Below are positions 27,772-37,809 of a DNA stretch of 64,000 nucleotides, piece after piece. A program made the position numbers and the translations under genes. Source of the stretch: Betaproteobacteria bacterium (lineage in GTDB: Bacteria; Pseudomonadota; Gammaproteobacteria; Burkholderiales; Usitatibacteraceae); contig JANNSU010000023.1 of the NCBI GenBank assembly GCA_031394355.1, positions 6,548 through 70,547 of the forward strand. The letters run 5' to 3'. Every line of letters starts with the position of its first letter. Within the stretch, counting starts at the first letter, position 1. The notes beneath the pieces were generated by a model. The model did not search any database. It was not told the origin of the DNA and saw only the letters and a list, made by a program, of their open reading frames with translations.

Positions 27772-28494
27772 CTACTTCTCGTTGATCCACGCGCCGTAGC
27801 GCATGGACGGGTCGATCCAGGCGAAGTTGAATGTCGGCACGTAGATGAACGTCACCACGCGCGGCGGATAGAGCACCGGCTTGCCCGCTTCGGGCTTCGG
27901 CGGAATGCGCATGCCGAGTGCGGCCATCTGCGGCTCCCAGATTCGTGAATTCACGTCATGAACTTCTGAAATCAGCTTGGTGCTGATGGCGCGATCACCA
28001 CCTATGGCAACCGGCGGCAGGGTGTCGACGATGCTGTGATAGCGCTCCTTGCCAAAGCACAGTCGCGGGCGTGCATAGTCGGTGGCTTCGGGCGCGTTCT
28101 CCGACGGTTTGTAGGTCTCCCAGCGCTTGTGGGCCATTTCATACGCATCTCGATTCACATCATCGCGATAGACATCCTTGCCCTGAATGGTGAGGCTGTA
28201 GCGCTCGAAGCTGCCGCTGTCATTGTTCTGCAGCTCCACGCTGACCAGTCCTGCCGCCAGAAGCGCCTCGCATTTCTCGCAGTCATAACTCTTGCGCTTG
28301 TCGAGCGGGAACGGGCCCGCGTAAACACATAGCGCCTCCGACATCTGGTCTTCGTTGAAGGATGTGCGAAAGACATCCTCATACTTGTCGAGGAACTCCT
28401 TGGACGGGCCGGTTTTTTTACTGCAGGCGGACAGTATTGCGATAGCCGCAATGACGATGAGGACGCGTAGCGGCGTGATGTGGTGTGTGGACAT
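27772..28494 (-). CDS. Hypothetical lipoprotein
   Basis: Internal start MSTHHITPLRVLIVIAAIAILSAC (lipobox). 240 aa, no family recognised. Confidence 0.55.
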   Translation of the reverse strand: MSTHHITPLRVLIVIAAIAILSACSKKTGPSKEFLDKYEDVFRTSFNEDQMSEALCVYAGPFPLDKRKSYDCEKCEALLAAGLVSVELQNNDSGSFERYSLTIQGKDVYRDDVNRDAYEMAHKRWETYKPSENAPEATDYARPRLCFGKERYHSIVDTLPPVAIGGDRAISTKLISEVHDVNSRIWEPQMAALGMRIPPKPEAGKPVLYPPRVVTFIYVPTFNFAWIDPSMRYGAWINEK

Positions 28495-28773
28495 TTCTTG
28501 TGGGCAGCGGTGGATGATGCGAAGTCGCGATTCTAGTGGATTCCAAGCTGGTGATTGGCCTGGACGCCGACAGCAGGGGTTGCGCGGGGCACGGCAGCGA
28601 CCCCGGCTTCCATTTCCCCGATCCTTGGGGACCAGCTTCAGACTGTAAACAGCGAGCGCTATATCGGTTCCCGCAGCAGCCGTAACTCGCGAAGCCCACG
28701 GCGCTGGCAACTCCGCCATACCCGCCTGTGTCCAGACCCTAGTCGAAATGCCTTCTGGCCGCGCTTGTAACCC

Positions 28774-28870
28774 ACGCGAATATTGTTCCCCGCCCGCTAC
28801 GGGCGAGCGGGAAATCCCTCCGGGACTGCCTGCGGCATCCAAGCGAAGGCCAAACGGCCTTCGCTTAGTC
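28774..28870 (-). repeat. Repeat family B, copy 2
   Basis: The reverse complement reads GACTAAGCGAAGGCCGTTTGGCCTTCGCTTGGATGCCGCAGGCAGTC...GGGGAACAATATTCGCG, collinear with copy 1. Confidence 0.8.
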
Positions 28871-28941
28871 GCAGCGGAGGCGGAGCCGCAGAGCGTGCCG
28901 CCACGCGCGCGCTGCCAGTCTTCAGTGTTGTCGCCGCGCGG

Positions 28942-29604
28942 CTACTTTGGGGGAGCCGCCGGTGGCTTGGCTTCTGCCCCGACTGCGCCTTCCTTCGGCG
29001 CGCCGATGTTCTGCTCCATGGCGGGCAGCTTGTGGGCAATGCCCTTGTGGCAGTCGATACAGGTTTTGCCCGCCTCGAACGCCGCCTGGTGGGTGGCACT
29101 CGCGCGCTGCTTTTGCTCGGCGTAGTCCATGGAGCTGTAGTTATGGCAGTTCCGACACTCCTGACTGTTATTGGACTTCATCCGGTCCCACTCATGTTGG
29201 GCCAGGATGGCGCGCTTGGCTTCGAATTTCTCGGGCGTATCGATCGTGCCCAGAAATTTGTGCCACAGCTCGTTGCTCGCCCGGATCTTGCGCACCATTT
29301 TCGGCCCCCACTCGCGCGGTACGTGACAGTCGGGACAGGTAGCACGAACGCCGGTGCGGTTCTGGTAGTGGTTGGTGTTGCGGTACTCGGCGTAGACGTT
29401 CTTTTCCATCTCGTGACAGGAGATGCAGAACTGTTCTGTATTGGTCATCTCCATGGACCAGTTGAAGCCGCCCCAGAAGATGATGCCGGCGGCAAACGAG
29501 ATGCCCACGGTGCCGGTGGCGAGCCCGATGGCCCACTTCATCCAGCCCTTGAGGCCCTTCCGTGCCGGTGTCGGGGCGGGCGTATTGTCGAGTTGATCGG
29601 TCAT
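28942..29604 (-). CDS. napC: Tetraheme cytochrome c NapC (NapC/NirT family)
   Basis: N-terminal TM helix and four CxxCH motifs (CISCH, CPDCH, CRNCH, CIDCH). Confidence 0.9.
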   Translation of the reverse strand: MTDQLDNTPAPTPARKGLKGWMKWAIGLATGTVGISFAAGIIFWGGFNWSMEMTNTEQFCISCHEMEKNVYAEYRNTNHYQNRTGVRATCPDCHVPREWGPKMVRKIRASNELWHKFLGTIDTPEKFEAKRAILAQHEWDRMKSNNSQECRNCHNYSSMDYAEQKQRASATHQAAFEAGKTCIDCHKGIAHKLPAMEQNIGAPKEGAVGAEAKPPAAPPK

Positions 29605-29614
29605 GATCGCGTCC

Positions 29615-30109
29615 TCACTGCAGGCCGCGGGCGCGCTGGAAGGTGTTCTCCACCAGCGGCTTGGCATCGGTCTGCGGGACGTGACATTGGGTACAGAAAT
29701 AGCGGCGCGGGCTCACGTTGTCGAGCTCCTGGCCCTCACGATCGCGGAAGTGCGTGACGCTGACTTTGGTTGCGCCCGATTCCTTGGTCCTTTGCCACGC
29801 ATGGCAGTCCATGCACTTGTTGAAATTCTTCGTGACCTGGTAGCCCTCGGTCGTGTGCGGGATCAGCGGCGGCTGCTGCACGAAGTCGCGGTCGGACACG
29901 CCGTGGTCGCGCTCCTGGTGCGAGGCCGTGGGTGGATTATCCCGGGTGAGCGGTGTCCCGCCACGCAGACCCTGCACCTTCACGGTCTCGCTGGCAGCCT
30001 TGTTGGTCGGTTTGGTCGGTTTGGCCGGGTTTGCCTCGGCAGGCAGGATCGCCAGGGTCATGACCGCAACCAGTGCCAATGCGGCGGCGAGCAGATGCAT
30101 GGCTCTCAT
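29615..30109 (-). CDS. napB: Diheme cytochrome c NapB
   Basis: Signal peptide and two CxxCH motifs (CMDCH, CTQCH). Position is between napH and napC. Confidence 0.85.
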   Translation of the reverse strand: MRAMHLLAAALALVAVMTLAILPAEANPAKPTKPTNKAASETVKVQGLRGGTPLTRDNPPTASHQERDHGVSDRDFVQQPPLIPHTTEGYQVTKNFNKCMDCHAWQRTKESGATKVSVTHFRDREGQELDNVSPRRYFCTQCHVPQTDAKPLVENTFQRARGLQ

Positions 30110-30111
30110 GA

Positions 30112-30969
30112 TCAGTCCTTTCTAGTGTCGAATCGGTGGGTGAAGGTGAAGACATCGGGGCCGCAGACATCAATGCAGCGGCCACAGTTGGTACAAGCGG
30201 AATCGAAGATGACCGGACCTGCACCATCCTTGGACTTGAGCGGGCCCACGATGACCTGCGGCTCCGGGCAGACGGCATAACAGTCCGCGCAATCGTTGCA
30301 GCGGCTGCGCTGGCGTGCAGAGATGCGGATCACGCTTTTGGTGCCGATCAGCGCATAGGCTGCACCCATCGGGCAGACATGACCGCACCAGCCGCGTGGC
30401 GCGATGAGGAGATCAAACAGGAACACCGCAGCCAGGGCACCCCACGCGGTCATGCCACCGAAGATGATGGCGCGTTGTGTCAGCGAGACCGGGTTCACGC
30501 TCTCCCACACCACGGTGCCGGTGAGACCCGAAGCCAGCAGCAGCACACCGAGCAGCCAGTAGCGCAGTGCGGCATCGGGTGTGCGCCCGGACGTGATCCT
30601 GAAACGGCGGCGCAGCCATGACGCAGCATCCGTCACGACATTGACCGGACATACCCAGCTGCAGAACACGCGTCCACCGACAAAGGCATAGAACGCGATG
30701 ACGAAGGCGGCACCGACGAGGGCGGCGGTCTCGGGCAGGTGGCGCGCGGCAATGGACTGTGCCAGCACGAACGGGTCGGTGAGCGGCAGCGTGTTCAGGG
30801 TCAGGCTGGATGACAGGTTGCCCTTCACGATCCAGATGCCGGCGAGCGGGCCCAGCAGGAAGAGGCCGAGGATGGCCGCTTGCGACAGTCGGCGCAACAG
30901 CAGAAATCGGTGCGCACGCCACCAGCCCTTTTCGTCGACCGCGCTGCCGGGGAGGATGGCCGTGCTCAT
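30112..30969 (-). CDS. napH: Quinol dehydrogenase membrane component NapH
   Basis: 4 TM helices with CxxCP motifs (CSWVCP, CGHVCP) and C-terminal 4Fe-4S motifs ([23 protein letters not shown]). Confidence 0.85.
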   Translation of the reverse strand: MSTAILPGSAVDEKGWWRAHRFLLLRRLSQAAILGLFLLGPLAGIWIVKGNLSSSLTLNTLPLTDPFVLAQSIAARHLPETAALVGAAFVIAFYAFVGGRVFCSWVCPVNVVTDAASWLRRRFRITSGRTPDAALRYWLLGVLLLASGLTGTVVWESVNPVSLTQRAIIFGGMTAWGALAAVFLFDLLIAPRGWCGHVCPMGAAYALIGTKSVIRISARQRSRCNDCADCYAVCPEPQVIVGPLKSKDGAGPVIFDSACTNCGRCIDVCGPDVFTFTHRFDTRKD

Positions 30970-31769
30970 TTGCCGCCTTTCGGCGTGACAGCGGGGTAGG
31001 CGTCCTTGCCGCTGCGCAGTGGCGCGAGATCGCCCGGTACGGGTTGCTCGGGGAGATTCTGGATCGGCTGTTCGAACCGCGGACGGCCGCTCTGATTGCC
31101 GACGTCCCAGCCGATGCGATAGTGGTGCCCCAGTTCGCCCCGGGCGATATGCGCGGGCAGCACCTTGATGGCGGCCTGCTCCAGGACACAGCTCTTCTCG
31201 CATTTGCCGCAGCCGGTGCAGGCGTCCGCATGAACCGTCGGCAGCAGCAGCGCATGGCGGTCGCTGCGCGGATTGCTCACCTTCTCCAACGTGATGGCCT
31301 TGTCGATGACCGGGCAGACGCGATAGCAGACGTCACAGCGCAGCCCGAGAAAGTTGAGGCAGTTCTCATGGTCGATGAGGACCGCAATGCCCATCTTCGC
31401 CTTGTTGATGTCCTGCAGGGCCGGATCGAGCGCGCCGGTGGGACAAGCCTTTACGCAGGGGATGTTCTCGCACATCTCGCAGGGGATTTCGCGCGCCTCG
31501 AAGTAGGGCGTTCCGATGGCAATGCCGCTGGAGAGCCCGTCGCCCCACGCGGCGAGCTTCAGGTTTTGCGGCGGACAGTCGCGCACACACAGCCCGCAGC
31601 GGATGCAGGCGGACTGGAAATCCCGCTCGGCGATTGCGCCAGGCGGTCGAAGGGTCTGTGCCGGTCTCGCTGACACGCTTCGGCCGGCAAGCAACGCGCC
31701 GCCAGTGAGGAGGCACGCGCTGGCCGCGCCTGCAGCGCTTTTCAGCAGTGTGCGTTTGGAATAGTCCAT
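30966..31769 (-). CDS. napG: Ferredoxin-type protein NapG
   Basis: Tat-like leader ([13 protein letters not shown]) and four 4Fe-4S Cys clusters. Overlaps the napH start by 4 nt. Confidence 0.85.
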   Translation of the reverse strand: MDYSKRTLLKSAAGAASACLLTGGALLAGRSVSARPAQTLRPPGAIAERDFQSACIRCGLCVRDCPPQNLKLAAWGDGLSSGIAIGTPYFEAREIPCEMCENIPCVKACPTGALDPALQDINKAKMGIAVLIDHENCLNFLGLRCDVCYRVCPVIDKAITLEKVSNPRSDRHALLLPTVHADACTGCGKCEKSCVLEQAAIKVLPAHIARGELGHHYRIGWDVGNQSGRPRFEQPIQNLPEQPVPGDLAPLRSGKDAYPAVTPKGGK

Positions 31770-31807
31770 GACGTGTGGTGCCGTTGCGGGCAGCGAGTCG
31801 GGTCAGC

Positions 31808-34357
31808 TCAGGCCTTGGTCACTTTGCACGCGCACTTCTTGAAGTCTGTTTCCTTCGAAATGGGACAGGTCGCATCCAGGGTCAGCTTGTTGATCAGCCG
31901 GCCCTCATCGAAGAAGGGCACAAACACCATGCCGCGCGGCAGCTTGTTCCGGCCTTTCGTCTCGACGTGGGCGGTGATCTCGCCGCGGCGCGACGCGATC
32001 TTGATGGTCATGCCGCGTTGCAGGCCGCGATCCTTGGCGTCATCGGGATGCATGAACACGACCGCTTCCGGCACGGCGCGATGCAGCTCGCTGACGCGCC
32101 GCGTCATCGAGCCGGTGTGCCAGTGTTCCAGCACACGGCCCGTGCAGAGCCACAGATCGAACTCCTTGTCCGGCGCCTCGGCAGCAGGCTGATAGGGCAG
32201 CGCAAAGATATTGGCCTTGCCATCCTTGTTGCCGTAGAAACGGATGCCCTCACCTTTCTTCACATACGGGTCATAGCCCTCGCGGAAGCGCCACAGCGTC
32301 TCCTTGCCGTCCACCACGGGCCAGCGCAGGCCGCGCACCTCGTGGTAGGTATCGAATGGGGCGAGATCGTGGGCGTGACCGCGGCCGAACTCGGCGTATT
32401 CCTCGAACAGCCCCTTCTGCACGTAGAAGCCGAATGCCTTGCTCTCGTCGTTGTTGTAGCCCTTGATGTACTTGCTGTTGACCTTGGTGAGGTCGCCCAT
32501 CGGATACTTGTTCACCTTGCCGTTCTTGAACAGCACATCGAAGAGAGTCTTGCCCTTGTACTCCGGCTTCTTGGCCAGGAGCTCTGCAGGCCACACCTCT
32601 TCCATCTTGAAGCGCTTGGCGAACTCGATGTACTGCCACAGATCCGACCGCGACTGGCCGGGTGCCGCCACCTGCTGGCGCCAGAACTGCGTGCGGCGCT
32701 CCGCGTTGCCGTAGGCACCTTCCTTTTCCACCCACATCGAGGAGGGCAGGATGAGGTCGGCGGCCATGGCACTCACGGTTGGGTACGCATCGCTTACCAC
32801 GATGAACGTGGCAGGGTTCCGCCAGCCGGGCAGGATCTCGCCGTTGATGTTCGGTCCGGCCTGCATGTTGTTGGTGGTCGATGTCCAGTAGCACTTCAGC
32901 TTGCCATCCTTCAGGGCGCGGCTTTGCGCCACGGCGTGCAGGCCGATCTTGTCGTTCAGCGTGCCTGGCGGGAGCTGCCAGATCTCCTCGGTATGCTTGC
33001 GATGCTCCGGATTGGTCACCACCATGTCGGCGGGGAGGCGATGGGAAAAGGTACCCACTTCGCGCGCGGTGCCGCAGGCTGAAGGCTGGCCGGTGAGCGA
33101 GAACGGGCTGTTGCCCGGCTGGCTGATCTTGCCCGTTAGCAGGTGGATGTTGTAGACCATGTTGTTGGCCCACGTGCCGCGCGTGTGCTGGTTGAAGCCC
33201 ATGGTCCAGAGCGACATGACCTTCGTCTTGGGGTCGGCGTAAATTTTCGCCAGCTCCTCGAGTTGCTTTACCGGCACGCCCGAGAGCTTGCTTACCTTTT
33301 CGGCGGTGTACTCCGACACGAACTTGGCAAACTCGTCAAAACTGCTCGGCTTTGAATCGTTGGGGTTGCCCTTGGGCTTGCCATCCGCGCCTGGATAGCC
33401 GTTACTCTTGGCATCCTTCTCCAGCACGTGCGCCGGACGCAGACCGTAGCCGATGTCGTCCGCGCCAATCTTGAAGTTGACATGCTTCTTCACGAAGTCC
33501 ATGTCCACCTTCTTGTTGCTGATGAGGTAATGGGCGATGTAGTTGAGGATGGCGAGGTCGGTCTGTGGGGCGAAGATCATGCCCTGGTCAGCCAGATCGA
33601 ATGAGCGGTGTTCGAAGGTCGACAGCACCACCACCTTGCAGTTGGGATTCGACAGGCGGCGGTCAGTAATGCGGCTCCACAGTACGGGATGCATCTCCGC
33701 CATGTTGCTACCCCAGAGCACAAAGGCATCGGCCTGCTCGATGTCGTCATAGCAGCCCATGGGCTCGTCGATGCCGAAGCTGCGCATGAAGCCCGCCACG
33801 GCGCTTGCCATGCAGTGGCGCGCGTTCGGATCGAGATTGTTGGAGCGAAATCCTGCCTTCCACAACTTGGCAGCGGCATAGCCTTCCCAGATGGTCCACT
33901 GGCCGGAGCCGAACATGCCCACGGAGGCAGGGCCGTCCTTCTTCAAGGCTTCCTTCCACTTCAGCGCCATGAGGTCGAATGCCTCGTCCCAGCTCACCGG
34001 AACGAATTCGCCTGACTTGTCGTACTTGCCGTCTTTCTTGCGCAGGAGCGGCGTGGTGAGTCGATCCTTGCCATACATGATCTTGGACAGAAAGTAGCCC
34101 TTGATGCAGTTGAGGCCGCGATTGACCGGGGCTTCCGGGTCGCCCTGTGTTGCCACCACCCGTTCGTTCTGTACGCCCACCATCACCGCACAGCCGGTGC
34201 CACAGAAGCGGCAGGGTGCCTTGTCCCAGCGGATGGCGACATCGGCTGCGGTTTTGGCCGCTTTGTCCTGGGCTTGGCCCGAGACAGGGATGCCTGCTGC
34301 TGCCGCGCTGGCCAAAAGCGCCTGGGTCTTCAGAAAGTCACGACGATTCTCGTTCAT
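31808..34357 (-). CDS. napA: Periplasmic nitrate reductase catalytic subunit NapA
   Basis: Tat signal [15 protein letters not shown] 4Fe-4S motif. About 849 aa with molybdopterin oxidoreductase architecture. Confidence 0.95.
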   Translation of the reverse strand: MNENRRDFLKTQALLASAAAAGIPVSGQAQDKAAKTAADVAIRWDKAPCRFCGTGCAVMVGVQNERVVATQGDPEAPVNRGLNCIKGYFLSKIMYGKDRLTTPLLRKKDGKYDKSGEFVPVSWDEAFDLMALKWKEALKKDGPASVGMFGSGQWTIWEGYAAAKLWKAGFRSNNLDPNARHCMASAVAGFMRSFGIDEPMGCYDDIEQADAFVLWGSNMAEMHPVLWSRITDRRLSNPNCKVVVLSTFEHRSFDLADQGMIFAPQTDLAILNYIAHYLISNKKVDMDFVKKHVNFKIGADDIGYGLRPAHVLEKDAKSNGYPGADGKPKGNPNDSKPSSFDEFAKFVSEYTAEKVSKLSGVPVKQLEELAKIYADPKTKVMSLWTMGFNQHTRGTWANNMVYNIHLLTGKISQPGNSPFSLTGQPSACGTAREVGTFSHRLPADMVVTNPEHRKHTEEIWQLPPGTLNDKIGLHAVAQSRALKDGKLKCYWTSTTNNMQAGPNINGEILPGWRNPATFIVVSDAYPTVSAMAADLILPSSMWVEKEGAYGNAERRTQFWRQQVAAPGQSRSDLWQYIEFAKRFKMEEVWPAELLAKKPEYKGKTLFDVLFKNGKVNKYPMGDLTKVNSKYIKGYNNDESKAFGFYVQKGLFEEYAEFGRGHAHDLAPFDTYHEVRGLRWPVVDGKETLWRFREGYDPYVKKGEGIRFYGNKDGKANIFALPYQPAAEAPDKEFDLWLCTGRVLEHWHTGSMTRRVSELHRAVPEAVVFMHPDDAKDRGLQRGMTIKIASRRGEITAHVETKGRNKLPRGMVFVPFFDEGRLINKLTLDATCPISKETDFKKCACKVTKA

Positions 34358-34797
34358 GGGAGGTTCTCCTTGTCGGTGCATGCGGGCACCGGGTGGACGG
34401 ATTCAAGGCGGGTGGAAAAGGCTGCTGCGGGCAGTTCATGGCCACTGGGGAGGACGGCAGCAGCGATGGGCGCGCCATGGTTGACGGCATGCCGGCCAGG
34501 CTTTCCGCGCCATGCGCGGTAGTCGCTCATGTCGCCCTCGCCCAATGCCGGTGCATCGGGTCCCGAATATTCGTAGACGAGGGAGGTGCTCAGCACATCG
34601 GGCCACATCGCCATGTCGGCCAGCGCGGTGGCGGCACTGTGCAGGGCACCGTTGAACTCAACGTCCTCCATGACGAGGACTACACGGCCGTCGCCTGGGT
34701 TGAGTGCGATGTCCACGCCAGGTATCCCGGTAAGCCGGCCCAGGACTTTCGCTAATCTGTCGGGATGCGTTCGCAGTACTGCACCTAATATGCTCAT
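34354..34797 (-). CDS. napD: NapD chaperone with an unusually long C-terminal extension
   Basis: The first ~80 aa ([45 protein letters not shown]...SLVYEY) are NapD-like. The ORF continues to 147 aa and overlaps the napA start by 4 nt. Confidence 0.7.
   Translation of the reverse strand: MSILGAVLRTHPDRLAKVLGRLTGIPGVDIALNPGDGRVVLVMEDVEFNGALHSAATALADMAMWPDVLSTSLVYEYSGPDAPALGEGDMSDYRAWRGKPGRHAVNHGAPIAAAVLPSGHELPAAAFSTRLESVHPVPACTDKENLP
34563..34574. repeat. Palindrome variant CCGAATATTCGT (10/12)
   Basis: Inside napD, read as E-Y-S. Confidence 0.5.
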
Positions 34798-34871
34798 ACA
34801 CCGCCGCCCAGCTCAATGTTGGTGCGTTCTTTATCCATGCCGGGAGGTTAGTGCACCAAGTTGCGGCGGTA

Positions 34872-34885
34872 TTGACAAAGATCAA
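34872..34885. promoter_or_regulatory. FNR/CRP-family box TTGAC-AAAG-ATCAA
   Basis: 9/10 match to TTGAT-N4-ATCAA. Located in the 127-bp divergent napD/napF spacer, centred about 46 nt upstream of the napF ATG. Confidence 0.55.
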
Positions 34886-34924
34886 ACGAACGTCAACCCA
34901 TGCGCCTAGCCTTGGAAGTCATCT

Positions 34925-35407
34925 ATGGACCAAAGCCGCCGTTCCTTCCTTCGTGGCAAGACACGTCCTGCTACCGCAGCGCTACGGCCGCCTTGGGCGC
35001 TGGTGCCGGACGACGAGTTTCTGTCGCGATGCACTCGCTGCGGCGAGTGCTCCACTGCCTGTCCGCGTGGTGTGATTCGTATTGCAGACGGTGGATACCC
35101 GGAAATCAACTTTGCCGAGGCGGGATGCAGCCTGTGCGGTGACTGTGCCAGAAGCTGCGAGCCCGGTGCGCTGGATCCGGGATTGCGCACGGTGGCCTTC
35201 GCCTGGAAAGTGGCGGTGTCACCAAGCTGCCTCAATCAAAAGGGCGTGGAGTGTCGAATCTGCGGTGACGCCTGTGACGCTCGCGCGTTGCAATTCCAGC
35301 CCATGCCGGGTGGCATTGCGCGACTGAGCGTAAAGGTCGATGAGTGCACCGGCTGCGGAGAGTGCTTGGCGATATGTCCTGTGCAGGCATTGGGCATTGT
35401 CAGGTAG
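34925..35407 (+). CDS. napF: Ferredoxin-type protein NapF
   Basis: Tat-like N-terminus (SRRSFLRG) and 4Fe-4S motifs (CTRCGECSTACP, CSLCGDCARSC, CRICGDACD, CTGCGECLAICP). Divergent from napD. Confidence 0.8.
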   Translation: MDQSRRSFLRGKTRPATAALRPPWALVPDDEFLSRCTRCGECSTACPRGVIRIADGGYPEINFAEAGCSLCGDCARSCEPGALDPGLRTVAFAWKVAVSPSCLNQKGVECRICGDACDARALQFQPMPGGIARLSVKVDECTGCGECLAICPVQALGIVR

Positions 35408-35728
35408 GTGATGCAAGTGCTGACAGGTGGCTGTGAGGCGACAAGCCTTCGGTCAGCCTCTGCGAATACGAGCCCTCGAAATTCGTTCGGCGAATTCTTG
35501 AGCTCGTTTGGACGTGTACGAGCTGGCAGCTCTGCTGCCGTTTACCCAGACGGCCGCTTTCGTGATGCAAAATTTTCCTTGAGACCTCCCCGCGCGCTTG
35601 ATGCGAATCCACCACCGCTCTACGCGGCAGATATGTCTTCACCGGGTTTGGTCGGCGTCAAAGCCGCGCTGTTGCCGGGATTTAGATGGTGGCTATCGAA
35701 TTTTCAACCACAGCAAGTGAAAAGCACT

Positions 35729-36018
35729 ATGGCGACGAAAGCAGCCTGCATGTCCGTGATGCTCGCGCCGCACTGGCAGCGTCCGCAGCGATGGCGCAAG
35801 ACGGCGTCTGGGTGGTACGTGTTCGTGCCCTCAACATGAATCGACAATGGCAACATGCCGGGGGTCACGGGTGCAAAAAAAAGGCCGTGAATGACGAGAA
35901 TCTCCCCGAGATCGATTTTGACTATCAGACCAGCAAGAACGTCCCGGCCGAGCTCGTGCTCAGGTTGGCATCGGCTGGCGGTTCCGAGCATGTGGCTTTT
36001 CCAGAACTGACTGACTGA
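35729..36018 (+). pseudogene. Possible OmpW-family outer membrane protein fragment (frameshifted and truncated)
   Basis: MATKAACMSVMLA in one frame continues as ALAASAAMAQDGVWVVRVRALNMN ... LPEIDFDYQTSKNVPAELVL in another. It resembles the signal peptide plus first ~95 aa of OmpW/OprG. The rest of the barrel is absent. An A8 tract lies at 35875..35882. Confidence 0.3.
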
Positions 36019-36212
36019 TCGGATCCTCCCCCTGGTCAGGTGCGTCATGCGGGCCACGGCCAATGTTCTCGGTCGTGGCCCGATTTTTCCCCGCCCGGTG
36101 CGACCCGCATATCGGGGACTCATCGTGGGCTTTGGCGCATTCATCGCACAGGCATTGCAGGCGAGCCGAGCGCGCGGCATATTTCGGTTGTCGCCCAAAC
36201 CGGATGCCTGTC

Positions 36213-37607
36213 ATGCAAAGTACTTTCCGCTCGCTCGCTCGCTTCACTCGTTTCTCGGCGCTTCTGTTTGCCGCCTCGGTTGCGGGCTTGGCACACGCCG
36301 CGCTGCCGACAGACGCGGAAGCGCGAGCCATCCTGCAAAAGCAGCTCATCGACTCGAAGCTCGTCAAGGGTGCCGCACTGGCACTGGTCGATGCGCGTGG
36401 CATTCGCGTCGTCACGGTTGGCGAGGCCCGTGAAGGCGTTGCGCTCACCCCGGATAGCGTCTTTGAAATTGGCAGCGTGACCAAGACTTTCGCCGGTCTC
36501 CTCCTGGCGATTGCCGATGAGAAGGGCGAGGCGAAGCTGGATGATGCCGTCGAGAAGTTTCTCCCCGAAGGAGTGAGGCTGCGGGACAGCAAGGGTTTCC
36601 CGATCCGCCTGGTGGACCTTGCCACGCACCGCTCCGGGCTGCCGCGTCTGGCCCCCAACATGCAGTCGCGTGATCCCAGGATTCCCTACGCGGACTACAC
36701 GGATCGCGATCTGCTGGACTTCATCAAGACTTTCACGGCTACACGTCCGCGCGATGACAAGTTTGAGTACTCCAATATCGGCACGGGCCTGCTCGGCACT
36801 GTGCTCACACGCGCTGCCAAGGCCGAGAGCTTCGGTGCGTTGCTGCAATCGCGAATATTCGCACCGCTCGGCATGGCGTCCACCACGACGGATCCCGGAA
36901 AATTTGCCGATCGCATGACCCAGCCGCATGACAGCAATGGCCGACCCACACCGGCGTGGACCATGCCCTCGCCGCATGCTGCGGCCGGTGCCATCCGCTC
37001 GACAGCGGGTGACATGGGCCGGTACGTCGAAGCCGTCGCGGGCTTGAAGGATTCGGCGCTCGCGAAAGCGGCTGCGTTGGCGACAACACCGCGTGCCGAA
37101 GGCATGGGCCGCATCAATCCCATTGGGCTCGCCTGGATTCAGGTGCCCTTCAATGAGCGCGCGCTGGCCCATCACGATGGCGCGACGTTTGGCTCTTCCG
37201 CATCCTTGTTTGTGGATCGAAGCACGAAGGAAGGTGTGTTTCTCGTCACCAACGGTTCCACTCGCCTCTTCGACATTGCGTTGCACCTGCTCGACCGGCG
37301 GCACGACATTACGCCGCGTGTGTTTCCGAAGACGGTTGCCGTGTCAGCCGGAACACTGGCGCGCCATACGGGGACCTATCGTCTGAACGACCGCATGAAT
37401 ATCACGATCCGGTTGTTGGGTGACAAGCTGCTCGCGCAAGCGACCGGGCAGGGTGAGTTCGAGATCTTCGCCGAGTCGGACACCCGGTTCTTCGCCAAGG
37501 TGGCGCCGATCGCGATCACGTTTGGAGAGCCGGGCCACGACGGCAAATCAACCCAGTTTGTCTTCGAACAGAGTGGCATGAAGCATACGGTTCGGCGCAT
37601 CGAGTAG
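36213..37607 (+). CDS. Secreted serine hydrolase (beta-lactamase / PBP family)
   Basis: Signal peptide MQSTFRSLARFTRFSALLFAASVAGLAHA. SxxK motif (GSVTKTF) and YSN motif (EYSNIG). Contains one palindrome copy (RIFA). Confidence 0.8.
   Translation: MQSTFRSLARFTRFSALLFAASVAGLAHAALPTDAEARAILQKQLIDSKLVKGAALALVDARGIRVVTVGEAREGVALTPDSVFEIGSVTKTFAGLLLAIADEKGEAKLDDAVEKFLPEGVRLRDSKGFPIRLVDLATHRSGLPRLAPNMQSRDPRIPYADYTDRDLLDFIKTFTATRPRDDKFEYSNIGTGLLGTVLTRAAKAESFGALLQSRIFAPLGMASTTTDPGKFADRMTQPHDSNGRPTPAWTMPSPHAAAGAIRSTAGDMGRYVEAVAGLKDSALAKAAALATTPRAEGMGRINPIGLAWIQVPFNERALAHHDGATFGSSASLFVDRSTKEGVFLVTNGSTRLFDIALHLLDRRHDITPRVFPKTVAVSAGTLARHTGTYRLNDRMNITIRLLGDKLLAQATGQGEFEIFAESDTRFFAKVAPIAITFGEPGHDGKSTQFVFEQSGMKHTVRRIE
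36851..36862. repeat. GCGAATATTCGC palindrome, exact, inside a CDS
   Basis: In the serine hydrolase CDS, read as R-I-F-A. Confidence 0.95.
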
Positions 37608-37708
37608 CGGGTCGCATCGGTACGGGACGGTGCCGGGCTCTCCCGGGGTTCTCCTTCCCCCTGACTCCGGTTGAGGGTTGGCAGCAGTTTTCGTTGTCAT
37701 CAATCCAT

Positions 37709-37720
37709 GCGAATATTCGC
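37709..37720. repeat. GCGAATATTCGC palindrome, exact (14-bp form)
   Basis: Intergenic, upstream of phoD. Confidence 0.95.
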
Positions 37721-37809
37721 AGGGCGTGCGGACTCCCCGCTTTCCCGGTGTCTGCAGTCGCGTGCAGCTATCCACTGATGCCATTCCCCACTCTCGCCGG
37801 AGTCCGACG

